This document shows, piece after piece, positions 18,452 to 26,989 of a stretch of 64,000 bases of DNA (position 1 is the stretch's first letter; every line of letters begins with the position of its first letter). Source of the stretch: an uncultured Chitinophagaceae bacterium (GTDB lineage Bacteria > Bacteroidota > Bacteroidia > Chitinophagales > Chitinophagaceae); the NCBI GenBank assembly GCA_947085245.1, contig CAMTVU010000086.1, positions 9,393-73,392 of the forward strand, in the 5' to 3' direction. The position numbers and the translations under genes were made by a program. The notes beneath the pieces are model-generated. The model was given only the letters and a program-made list of their open reading frames with translations. It searched no databases and had not been told where the DNA came from.

Positions 18452-18754
18452 TTATTCGTTTGATACAGTCATGGTTTCTTCCGGGTTGAGGGTATGCATT
18501 ACTTCCTCAATTTTTTCATGTAACAGGGCAGAAGAGTCGGTGACCCAGAAGGGTAGCTCCTGTCCTGCAATCTGCCAGGTAGTTTCTTCTTTCTGCATTT
18601 TAAAAATCAGCCGGTTGCCGCGGTCATCCACCACATCCACACTGAACAGGCCTTGCTGAAGACCATAAATTTTTCTGAAATTGAACTCCCTTAAGCGGCC
18701 ATCAGCTTTCAGGAGCCGTGTAAACTGTACGTTTTTGGATACTTGTAATTTCAT
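18452..18754 (-). CDS. Hypothetical small protein
   Basis: ORF with internal start MKLQVSKN. No recognisable motif. Confidence 0.4.
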   Translation of the reverse strand: MKLQVSKNVQFTRLLKADGRLREFNFRKIYGLQQGLFSVDVVDDRGNRLIFKMQKEETTWQIAGQELPFWVTDSSALLHEKIEEVMHTLNPEETMTVSNE

Positions 18755-18935
18755 GAGATATTGTTTTTTAATTGTTCGGCTGTGGTTTCTTTTCATGTGA
18801 ATATTGAGATAAATCTGATTGCAAATCCTGTGCTTAAATGTTCATTTGTGGAAAACTTGCAGATATTTTTTAGAAGTTGAAGGCTTCCTGTTTGTGTAAA
18901 ATCTTCTTAAACCGTGAAAAAATGATGACTGTCAA

Positions 18936-19324
18936 CTACTTTGTTTTATGCTCTGTACCAAACGTTCCTACGGAACGAACACAACAAAAAATCAAATCAA
19001 TTTGCATCTACCTGCGAAACGTCCCTTCGGGCAATGTCATTAAGTTAAGATAGATAAGCCACAGAGTGGCAGCCTGTTTATAGAAAATAAAACCAAATTC
19101 ATATAGACTCCGCAGGAGTCACCAAACAAAACAGGCGGCTCCTGTGGAGCCTGATAATTCGATTACAATTTTCTTATAAACAGGATGCTCCTAACGGAGC
19201 TTAACTTAATGACATTGCCCTTCGGGGCGACTGACGGGTAGATGTAAATATTCGGGTTAAAATTGTTCTGCAGGAACGTTTGGTGCATTTACAATTATCA
19301 ATATTCAGTTGCAAAACCAAATAA
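18936..19324. mobile_element. Palindromic MITE-like element (family A) carrying a nested insertion
   Basis: Collinear with the 194-bp copy at 51674-51867 except for a 186-bp insert in the central CCCTTCGGG hairpin. Outer boundaries are approximate. Confidence 0.75.
19032..19217. mobile_element. Nested MITE-like element (family B) with 18-bp TIRs CAATGTCATTAAGTTAAG / CTTAACTTAATGACATTG
   Basis: Flanked by direct CCCTTCGGG copies at 19023-19031 and 19218-19226. The uninterrupted site is seen in the copy at 51674-51867. Confidence 0.8.
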
Positions 19325-19350
19325 CGGAGAGTTATTAAAAATATCGGACC

Positions 19351-19995
19351 TTAATTTTTAATGATCCTTACTTCTTTGATCATATCCAGTTCCGGAAATT
19401 TTTTCAGGAGGTAGGCATTGCCTTTGAAATATACCGAGTCTGCATACTTCATGGTTTCATTGCCATACTCAGAAAAGAACTGCCGTACCACATCCATTCC
19501 GCTGATCACTTTTGCAAAAGGAACAAAACCTTTCACTCCTGCTGCAGTTAGTGTATCATACGTTAAGTTGTTGCGGAGATTGATGAACACAGATGTCTTC
19601 CTGGTGTTGGGAGCGCCTCTTGAAAAACATAATGTACTGTCGGTATTGGAACCAATTACGGGTTCATCCTTTAAATTTTTCCCCTGCCAGAAAATGTTTT
19701 TTCTTTTATCTTCTGATACACCAAACTGCACTAAATAATCTTTCACCACACGAAAAATGATGGTATTGTTATAATAACCTGTTTTGATCAGTTGATAAAA
19801 ACGGTCGGCGCCCAATGGCGACCAGTTGCAGTAAACTTCTACTGTGAAGTTCCCTTTGGTTGTGATGAACTCAGCTGTAAATGTATCGGGTGTTTTCAGT
19901 TTTAAAACAGCAGCATCGGTTTTAATAAGTTGGGCAACTGCAGTTGAACCCCATAAAATACAGCTAAGCAGAAGGGAGAAAACAAGATTCTTCAT
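19351..19995 (-). CDS. Cyclophilin-type peptidyl-prolyl cis-trans isomerase (secreted)
   Basis: Signal peptide. The FYQLIKTGYYNNTIIFRVVKDYLVQFG block resembles the cyclophilin core. Confidence 0.7.
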   Translation of the reverse strand: MKNLVFSLLLSCILWGSTAVAQLIKTDAAVLKLKTPDTFTAEFITTKGNFTVEVYCNWSPLGADRFYQLIKTGYYNNTIIFRVVKDYLVQFGVSEDKRKNIFWQGKNLKDEPVIGSNTDSTLCFSRGAPNTRKTSVFINLRNNLTYDTLTAAGVKGFVPFAKVISGMDVVRQFFSEYGNETMKYADSVYFKGNAYLLKKFPELDMIKEVRIIKN

Positions 19996-20205
19996 GTTGA
20001 TTGTGTATTGAGTGCTACGCTAACTGAGCTATGCAGTACTTAGTAAAAATAAAATAAAGTCAGGTAATTTCTGAAATAGAACTGTGAGCCTGAAGGCAGC
20101 CGGGCATGAATCTCTTTCTCAGCAACTTGTCAGGAGATGTTGCAAGAATGAAAAAACAGGGTAAATATTTTTTGTTTTTTGTAACTTACAGTATAAATAA
20201 ATGAT

Positions 20206-20442
20206 ATGAGCAAAGATGTAAAAGCAAAAATTTACCGGATGCTGGATGATATACAGGATGAAACTGTATTGAACCAGTTGATGGATGATGTTGCCTTTTA
20301 TGCGTCAAAGAAAGATATTGTTGATGAACTTACTCCTGAGCAGCTTTCAGAATTGAAGGCGGCGATCAAAGAAGCCGATAATGATGAATCCATCAGTTGG
20401 GCCGACTTTAAAAAAGAAATGCATGAATGGAGAAAGAAATAA
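20206..20442 (+). CDS. Type II antitoxin (addiction-module component type)
   Basis: 78 aa, acidic and helical. Overlaps the start of a ParE/RelE-like frame by 16 nt. Confidence 0.6.
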   Translation: MSKDVKAKIYRMLDDIQDETVLNQLMDDVAFYASKKDIVDELTPEQLSELKAAIKEADNDESISWADFKKEMHEWRKK

Positions 20443-20723
20443 TCATTACCAAAAGGTTCCGCAATAATACCCTCCGCATTTATCAATACCTGTTAAAAGA
20501 ATTTTCTGCCGCAACTGCTTATCAGTTTTTAGCTAAAGCATAAGAACGGATTGAATTGATTGCAAAACATCCAACTATTGGTAAACCTTCGGCAAAAAAA
20601 GAAAATATACGTAGTGTTATTTTAACCCCTCATAACCGGGTCTATTACCGGTATCAAGATCATAAAATTGAATTTCTTTGTTTGTTTGATATGAGGAAAG
20701 ATCCCGGGAAGAAGCCTTACTGA
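20427..20723 (+). pseudogene. ParE/RelE-family toxin interrupted by an in-frame TAA (codon 39)
   Basis: Hand translation MEKEIIITKRFRNNTLRIYQYLLKEFSAATAYQFLAKA*ERIELIAKHPTIGKPSAKKENIRSVILTPHNRVYYRYQDHKIEFLCLFDMRKDPGKKPY*. Stop at 20541-20543. The same frame runs throughout. Confidence 0.7.
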
Positions 20724-20934
20724 AATTTGGGGTTTTGTATGATACAGGCGGGACGCTTGCACCATTTTGCAAAAAAAAGTCATTGTTTCAAAAAGAAAAG
20801 GTGAATGCTTGCATTTAAAACGCAAAATTATTAGCTTAGATGACTTACTCACCGGTATTCCGCCTCCTATGTTACACATCGCTTAGTTTAAAAAGCATCT
20901 CTAAACGCAGAAACTTATTGCAAGGGCTCTGTGT

Positions 20935-21675
20935 ATGAAACAATTTCTTAACCTTAAATTTTGTTACATGAAAAAGATGAAAGAAGAACAGGTAACCCCA
21001 CGTCGTCAATTTTTAACTGCTGTTGCTGCTGGTGCTGCAGCAATTGGCATGGCATCCTTACCATTGAAGATGAATGCTGCACCTTATTTATCAGGTGGTG
21101 AAGCAAACACGAATCCTGACAGTCCCGATGAATGGTTTAATCAAATAAAAGGAAAACACCGGATGGTTTTTGATGCCACGCAACCGCATGAAATTTATCC
21201 GTTTGCATGGCCCAAAGTATTTCTTATGACCAATGAAGCCACCGGCACATTACCAAAAGACTGCAGCGTGGTTGTGGTGTTAAGGCATACAGCCATTGGC
21301 TATGCCATGGAAGATAAATTGTGGGAGAAATATAAATTCGGAGATCTGTTTCATGCAAATGATCCTAAAACAGGGAAAGCATCAACCCGCAATCCATTCT
21401 GGCAACCAAAACCAGATGATTTTGTAGTTCCCGGTATTGGCGCTGTGCCACTTGGTATTAACGATTTACAGAAAGAAGGGGTCATGTTCTGTTATTGCCA
21501 GGCGGCGTTTACAGTTTATTCAGCCGTTGCAGCAGGTATAATGAAGTTGGATGTGGAAGATGTTCGTAAAGAATGGTCAGCCGGATTATTGCCGGGCATT
21601 CAACCCGTTCCTTCAGGTGTATGGGCATTGGGAAGGGCGCAGGAGCATGGATGTGGTTATATTTTCGCAGGATAA
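20935..21675 (+). CDS. Tat-signal protein, possibly DsrE/DsrF-like fold
   Basis: RRQFLTAVAAGAAAIGMAS twin-arginine signal. Start uncertain (alternative ATG at 20968). The fold assignment is weak. Confidence 0.45.
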   Translation: MKQFLNLKFCYMKKMKEEQVTPRRQFLTAVAAGAAAIGMASLPLKMNAAPYLSGGEANTNPDSPDEWFNQIKGKHRMVFDATQPHEIYPFAWPKVFLMTNEATGTLPKDCSVVVVLRHTAIGYAMEDKLWEKYKFGDLFHANDPKTGKASTRNPFWQPKPDDFVVPGIGAVPLGINDLQKEGVMFCYCQAAFTVYSAVAAGIMKLDVEDVRKEWSAGLLPGIQPVPSGVWALGRAQEHGCGYIFAG

Positions 21676-21815
21676 GTTTTTAACCCCTGGCCGATGAAGA
21701 CATTGGCCAGGGAGTAGTAACTTTTAAATATTTTTTTTGCTTCCCTTTTAAACTCAGGAGATTTTCAAATCCAAATGAGAAACCGTAATTATTCATTTTT
21801 TAAAAATTTACGGTT

Positions 21816-23543
21816 ATGAAAATTTTTTATCTAAGGTTAAACTCCTCAGCTTTCTTTCTTTTGTTTTTTATTTTCAACAGTATTCATTTTACAGCAAGGG
21901 CCGATCTTTTTCCTTTCAGTTTAAGTTATTCCGGTGCAAATGAAGTACCGGCCAATGCATCCCCTGCAACAGGAACAATTGTTGGTGTGTATAATGATGT
22001 AAACAATACCATCTTTTATACCATTACCTTCAGTGGATTAACGGACAATACAACTGCTGCGCATTTTCATGCACCGGCTGCCCCCGGTGTTAATGCAGGC
22101 GTAACGCTTGCTCATGCAGGATTTCCTGCGGGTGTAACGGCAGGAACTTTTTCAAAGTCGGATGTTTTAACTGATGCACAGGAAACAAACCTGATGGCAG
22201 GTTTAATGTATTCCAATATTCACACTGTTGCATTACCGGGTGGTGAAATAAGAGCCCAAATGGTTTTAGGTGCTGCATCATCATTGGTTTATTCATTCAG
22301 CAAAACTTACAGCGGTACACAGGAAGTACCTGCAAATGCATCGCCCGGAACAGGAACAATTAAAGGAGTATTCAACAGTATTACCAATACCATTTTTTAT
22401 ACCATTCAATTCAGCGGGTTAACGGACAATACAACTGCTGCGCATTTTCATGCACCGGCTGCCCCCGGTGTTAATGCAGGCGTAACGCTTGCTCATGCAG
22501 GATTTCCTGCGGGTGTAACGGCAGGAACTTTTTCAAAGTCTGATGTTTTTACCAATGCCCAGGAAACAAACCTGCTTGCCGGTTTAATGTATTCCAATAT
22601 TCATACAACAGCTTTTCCGGGTGGTGAAATTCGTGCACAGATTTTCTTTGATGCACCATTTGTTGCACCTGTTCTTACCTGCCCGGCTAACATCACTGCA
22701 TCAAATGACCCCGGCTTATGTTCAAGATCGGTTTCTTTTGCAGCAAGTGTAACCGGCTCACCTGCACCTGTTGTAACTTATAAAATAGGAACTGCAGTGA
22801 TTACATCTCCCTATACTTTTCCATTGGGAACTACTACCGTTAATGCAAGTGCAATCAATGGGGGTGGATTTTCTACCTGCTCATTTACTGTTACCGTTAA
22901 TGATACAGAAGCACCTGTTATCAGTAATCTCACTGTCAGTCCTGATAAGCTGTGGCCTCCCAATCATAAGATGAGAGATGTAGCAGTAAGCTATAGCAGC
23001 AGTGATAATTGTCCCGGGCCCATTACTTGTCAGTTACGTGTTTCAAGCAATGAACCGGTTGATGGATTGGGTGATGGCAATACAGCTCCCGATTGGATCG
23101 TTGTAAATAATCACCTGGTTAAATTAAGAGCTGAACGATCAGGAACCGGTAATGGAAGAGTTTATACAATAACTGTAAGATGTACCGATCAGTATGGCAA
23201 TGCAAGAACTGCAACAACCACCGTTAAGGTGCCGCATGATATGTCATCTTCAGCACGAATGAATGGAACAGTGAATGAAGTTGTTCCTGAAGGCAGCCTG
23301 GATGTGCAGGTACTCTCCAATCCAAGCCGTAATCATTTTGCACTTTATATTCAATCAGGAAACAGATCTGAAATAATTACTGTAAGATTGTTTGATATGA
23401 CAGGAAGATTGGTGGATGCAGCAAATAATATTTCAGGAACACAAATACTGAGGATAGGTAACACACTTAAAGCAGGTATTTATTTTGCTGAAATAAGACA
23501 GGGTAAAGAGTTCAAACAGGTAAAACTTGTTAAGATGGATTAA
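21816..23543 (+). CDS. Secreted CHRD-CHRD-HYR multidomain protein with T9SS C-terminal sorting domain
   Basis: Two CHRD-like modules (AAHFHAPAAPG...GGEIRAQ), an HYR-like module (CPANITASNDPGLCS...), an LWPPNHKM module and a Por-type tail (...GIYFAEIRQGKEFKQVKLVKMD). Confidence 0.8.
   Translation: MKIFYLRLNSSAFFLLFFIFNSIHFTARADLFPFSLSYSGANEVPANASPATGTIVGVYNDVNNTIFYTITFSGLTDNTTAAHFHAPAAPGVNAGVTLAHAGFPAGVTAGTFSKSDVLTDAQETNLMAGLMYSNIHTVALPGGEIRAQMVLGAASSLVYSFSKTYSGTQEVPANASPGTGTIKGVFNSITNTIFYTIQFSGLTDNTTAAHFHAPAAPGVNAGVTLAHAGFPAGVTAGTFSKSDVFTNAQETNLLAGLMYSNIHTTAFPGGEIRAQIFFDAPFVAPVLTCPANITASNDPGLCSRSVSFAASVTGSPAPVVTYKIGTAVITSPYTFPLGTTTVNASAINGGGFSTCSFTVTVNDTEAPVISNLTVSPDKLWPPNHKMRDVAVSYSSSDNCPGPITCQLRVSSNEPVDGLGDGNTAPDWIVVNNHLVKLRAERSGTGNGRVYTITVRCTDQYGNARTATTTVKVPHDMSSSARMNGTVNEVVPEGSLDVQVLSNPSRNHFALYIQSGNRSEIITVRLFDMTGRLVDAANNISGTQILRIGNTLKAGIYFAEIRQGKEFKQVKLVKMD
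22038..22159 (+). repeat. 122-bp tract identical to 22419-22540 (first CHRD module)
   Basis: I read both copies as base-for-base identical. The flanking parts of the two modules are clearly diverged. Confidence 0.85.
22419..22540 (+). repeat. 122-bp tract identical to 22038-22159 (second CHRD module)
   Basis: See the partner entry at 22038-22159. Confidence 0.85.
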
Positions 23544-23570
23544 TGATCTGAAATAATATGTTACAAAAAG

Positions 23571-23597
23571 GCGGCACTTTTTTGGTGCTGCTTTTTT
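23571..23597 (+). terminator. Rho-independent terminator
   Basis: GCGGCAC-loop-GTGCTGC followed by T6. Confidence 0.6.
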
Positions 23598-23624
23598 GCT
23601 TTTATGGTTACACTATGTATTCAA

Positions 23625-23653
23625 CAAAAAACCCGTCTCTTTCGAAACGGGTT
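23625..23653 (-). terminator. Rho-independent terminator downstream of ahcY
   Basis: The minus strand reads AACCCGT-TTCGAAAGAG-ACGGGTT followed by TTTTT. Confidence 0.7.
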
Positions 23654-23690
23654 TATGCTTGCAGCTAAAAGCTTATAGCCTGCTGCTGTA

Positions 23691-25019
23691 TTAATAACGG
23701 TAAAGATCTGATTTGAACGGACCATTCTTTGGAATGCCCAAGTACTCACTTTGTTCTGTTGTCAACTCTTCTAACTGAGCTCCCACTTTTGCAAGATGAA
23801 GGCGTGCAACTTTTTCATCCAGATGTTTTGGAAGAACATACACTTTGTTTTCATACTTGCTGTGGTTCTGCCACAATTCAATTTGCGCCAACGTTTGGTT
23901 GCTGAATGAATTACTCATTACAAAACTTGGATGACCTGTTGCACATCCCAAATTCACCAAACGACCTTCGGCTAATAAGATGATGTCTTTACCATCAATA
24001 TTATAAAGATCAACCTGTGGTTTAATGGTATCTTTTGTAGTACCGTAGTTTGTATTTAACCAGGCAACATCAATTTCAATATCAAAGTGGCCAATGTTAC
24101 AAACAATGGCTTTATCCTTCATTGCTTTAAAATGCTCTGCAGTGATGAGATCACGACAACCACTTGCAGTAACAACAATATCTGCTTCTTTTACTGCATC
24201 AATCATACGCTTTACTTCAAAACCATCCATTGCAGCTTGCAATGCACAAATAGGATCAATCTCCGTAACAATAACACGGCAGCCTGCACCACGCAAACTC
24301 ATGGCACTTCCTTTACCCACATCACCATAACCACCAACAACAGCTACTTTACCAGCCATCATTACATCCGTTGCACGACGGATTGCATCAACCAAACTTT
24401 CCTGGCAACCGTATTTATTATCGAACTTCGATTTAGTAACGCTGTCGTTTACATTAATAGCAGGCATTGGTAATGTACCTTTCGCCATACGCTCATACAA
24501 ACGGTGAACACCGGTAGTTGTTTCTTCACTCAAACCTTTGATGCCGGCAATAAGTTCAGAATATTGATCAAGCACCATATTGGTTAAATCACCACCATCA
24601 TCAAGGATCATATTCAACGGACGCTCAGGTGAACCAAAGAACAATGTTTGTTCAATACACCAATCAGATTCTTCCTGTGTTTGTCCTTTCCATGCAAACA
24701 CACCAATGCCGGTAGCAGCAATTGCAGCAGCAGCATGATCCTGTGTGGAGAAGATATTACATGAACTCCATTTAACTTCTGCACCTAATGCAGTTAGTGT
24801 TTCAATTAATACAGCCGTTTGAATAGTCATGTGCAAACAACCAGCTATACGTGCATCTTTCAGCGGTTGCGTTGGACCGTATTCTGCACGGATGGCCATT
24901 AAGCCGGGCATCTCAGCCTCGGCAAGACGAATTTCCTTGCGGCCCCATTCAGCCAGGCTGATATCTTTTACTTTATACTTCAGGTTGAAATCAATTTTGT
25001 TTTTTGTAAGAGTTGACAT
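23691..25019 (-). CDS. ahcY: Adenosylhomocysteinase
   Basis: 442 aa with strongly AhcY-like blocks ([33 protein letters not shown]). Confidence 0.93.
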   Translation of the reverse strand: MSTLTKNKIDFNLKYKVKDISLAEWGRKEIRLAEAEMPGLMAIRAEYGPTQPLKDARIAGCLHMTIQTAVLIETLTALGAEVKWSSCNIFSTQDHAAAAIAATGIGVFAWKGQTQEESDWCIEQTLFFGSPERPLNMILDDGGDLTNMVLDQYSELIAGIKGLSEETTTGVHRLYERMAKGTLPMPAINVNDSVTKSKFDNKYGCQESLVDAIRRATDVMMAGKVAVVGGYGDVGKGSAMSLRGAGCRVIVTEIDPICALQAAMDGFEVKRMIDAVKEADIVVTASGCRDLITAEHFKAMKDKAIVCNIGHFDIEIDVAWLNTNYGTTKDTIKPQVDLYNIDGKDIILLAEGRLVNLGCATGHPSFVMSNSFSNQTLAQIELWQNHSKYENKVYVLPKHLDEKVARLHLAKVGAQLEELTTEQSEYLGIPKNGPFKSDLYRY

Positions 25020-25135
25020 GTGTGATAGTTTAGATTACAAAGGTAATTTTTCAGGATAAAATAATACGAATGTGAATAAATACAGGAAATCATTCTAATT
25101 TAGATGTCTGTAAAAGGACAAAAACCTGTTTCACT

Positions 25136-25633
25136 ATGGCAAAAGCGACTAAAACAGAACAAATCACTAAGGAAAAAATTGTACTGGATAAAACCGACCT
25201 CAGCATCCTGAGGCTATTGCAACTGAATGCAAGGATGACGGTAAAGGAAATTGCGGATCAGGTGCACCTGAGTACAACGCCTGTTCATGAACGGATCAAA
25301 TGGCTGGAACGCAGTGGAGTGATTAAACAATATGCTGCGCTCATTGATCATGCAAAAGTGAAAAAAGGTTTGATGGTGATTTGCTATGTTTCATTGAAAG
25401 AGCACAGCAAAAATGCCGGTACAAAATTCATTAAGCATATCAATGAACTGAGTGAAGTAATTGAATGTTATAATATTTCAGGTGAGTTTGATTTTATGCT
25501 GAAGGTTGTTGCAGAAAACATGGATGATTATTACAACTTTCATGTAAACAAACTTAGCCAGAGTGAAAACATCGGTAATGTGCAGAGCGTGTTTGTAATG
25601 GGAGTGTTGAAGCAAACACAGGTGATTGTTTGA
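25136..25633 (+). CDS. Lrp/AsnC-family transcriptional regulator
   Basis: N-terminal HTH (LDKTDLSILRLLQLNARMTVKEIADQVHLSTTPVHERIKWLE) and a C-terminal RAM-like domain. Divergent from ahcY. Confidence 0.85.
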   Translation: MAKATKTEQITKEKIVLDKTDLSILRLLQLNARMTVKEIADQVHLSTTPVHERIKWLERSGVIKQYAALIDHAKVKKGLMVICYVSLKEHSKNAGTKFIKHINELSEVIECYNISGEFDFMLKVVAENMDDYYNFHVNKLSQSENIGNVQSVFVMGVLKQTQVIV

Positions 25634-25817
25634 AGCCATGTACGATGTTAGATGTACGAAGTAAGAAGTAAGATGTATGATGTACGCACCGTCTGACGTC
25701 CTCGTCTGACGGATAATTAGTGCGAAGTGATTTATATTAATTTAAAGATTAAGGAGAAGTATAAATGTTGGATGCTTATTGTCCATTTTCAAATCAGCAA
25801 TTATAAATTAAACATCT

Positions 25818-26126
25818 ATGTATAACTACGATACTGTTACCGAAGCCATCAATGGTTTAAGGCAAAGAGGTTTTACACTTGATTTTAATTTACAGATCAA
25901 CTCAGTGCAATGTTTTAACCCGGATATGAATCTTACCCCGGAAGATTTTGAGATCAAAGAAATTTATCGTTTTGAAGGTGATACAGATCCCAATGACGAA
26001 GCGATTGTGTATGCCATTGAATCAAAGAGTGGGCATAAAGGTGTGTTTGTAAATGGCTACGGCCCTTCGGCAGATGCAGTGGGGGCGGAGATGATGAAGA
26101 AACTGGTGGATCATCATAATGGATGA
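25818..26126 (+). CDS. Hypothetical small protein
   Basis: 102-aa ORF with no motif that I can assign reliably. Confidence 0.45.
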   Translation: MYNYDTVTEAINGLRQRGFTLDFNLQINSVQCFNPDMNLTPEDFEIKEIYRFEGDTDPNDEAIVYAIESKSGHKGVFVNGYGPSADAVGAEMMKKLVDHHNG

Positions 26127-26201
26127 TTATTGCCACTGAGAAACAGAGACACTAAAAAAAACATTTGTGTTTTCTGTGGCAGGTAACAGCAGTATAAACT
26201 T

Positions 26202-26912
26202 TCAGTTTGAATGAAACATTTCCTTTGAAGTCTTCACATGTTCTTTGATTGCTTTTCTTGAAAGCCAGATGGCAACAATAAAAGAAGCTACTGCACCCAG
26301 AAATAACAAGCCATCGCTTACAAACTGGTTCACCCAAACATTCTCCTGCAGAAAAAGGAAGAAATCAAAAGTGCCATGAAAAAAGATGGCCCAGAACAAA
26401 CCTGTGAGCGTGTAAAAACTTCTTTTCTCAGGAATAAATTTTGCTTTACCTACATAATATCCCATAATGATTGCAAAGGTTGCGTGTGCAGGAACAGAAA
26501 GAAACATACGCAAAAAGGCAGTGGCCATTCCATGCTGCATCACATAACCGATATTTTCAACAGTGGCAAAACCCATCCCCACCATAACACTATATACAAT
26601 GCCATCATAAGGTTCATCAAAACTTTTTTTAGGGAACGCATAAAAGCGCAGCATGATGTACTTGCTCCATTCTTCACTCATTCCTACAATTACATAAGTA
26701 AAGAAAGCAGTATAAGCAATACCGTTGCCCAACAACTGCTCAACAGGTTTGGCAGTAAATATCTGAATGATGAGAGCAGGTAAAATACTAAGGCATCCCA
26801 GCAAAAAACAAACAAGCAGGTTTAAACCGGGTTCACGGTTGAACCGGTCTTTTAAAAAGATGTATAAACTGATGGCAATACCGGGAGCAATGGAAAGGGC
26901 GAGCAGCAGCAT
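26202..26912 (-). CDS. PrsW-family intramembrane metalloprotease
   Basis: Multi-TM. EEWSKY (EExxK-type) motif and HGTFDF (HxxxD-type) motif as in PrsW. Confidence 0.7.
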   Translation of the reverse strand: MLLLALSIAPGIAISLYIFLKDRFNREPGLNLLVCFLLGCLSILPALIIQIFTAKPVEQLLGNGIAYTAFFTYVIVGMSEEWSKYIMLRFYAFPKKSFDEPYDGIVYSVMVGMGFATVENIGYVMQHGMATAFLRMFLSVPAHATFAIIMGYYVGKAKFIPEKRSFYTLTGLFWAIFFHGTFDFFLFLQENVWVNQFVSDGLLFLGAVASFIVAIWLSRKAIKEHVKTSKEMFHSN

Positions 26913-26989
26913 AATGAATGATTGCTTTAAAGATAATAGTTAGAAATGATTTTATGCAAAGACTTCACTAATTTTCAGGTATCATACGT

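Noticed and set aside
22038-22540. Diversity-generating retroelement (template/variable repeat pair) in the CHRD gene.
   Set aside because: The shared 122 bp are identical rather than differing at adenines. Both copies are coding modules of the same ORF, and no reverse transcriptase or Avd-like gene is nearby.
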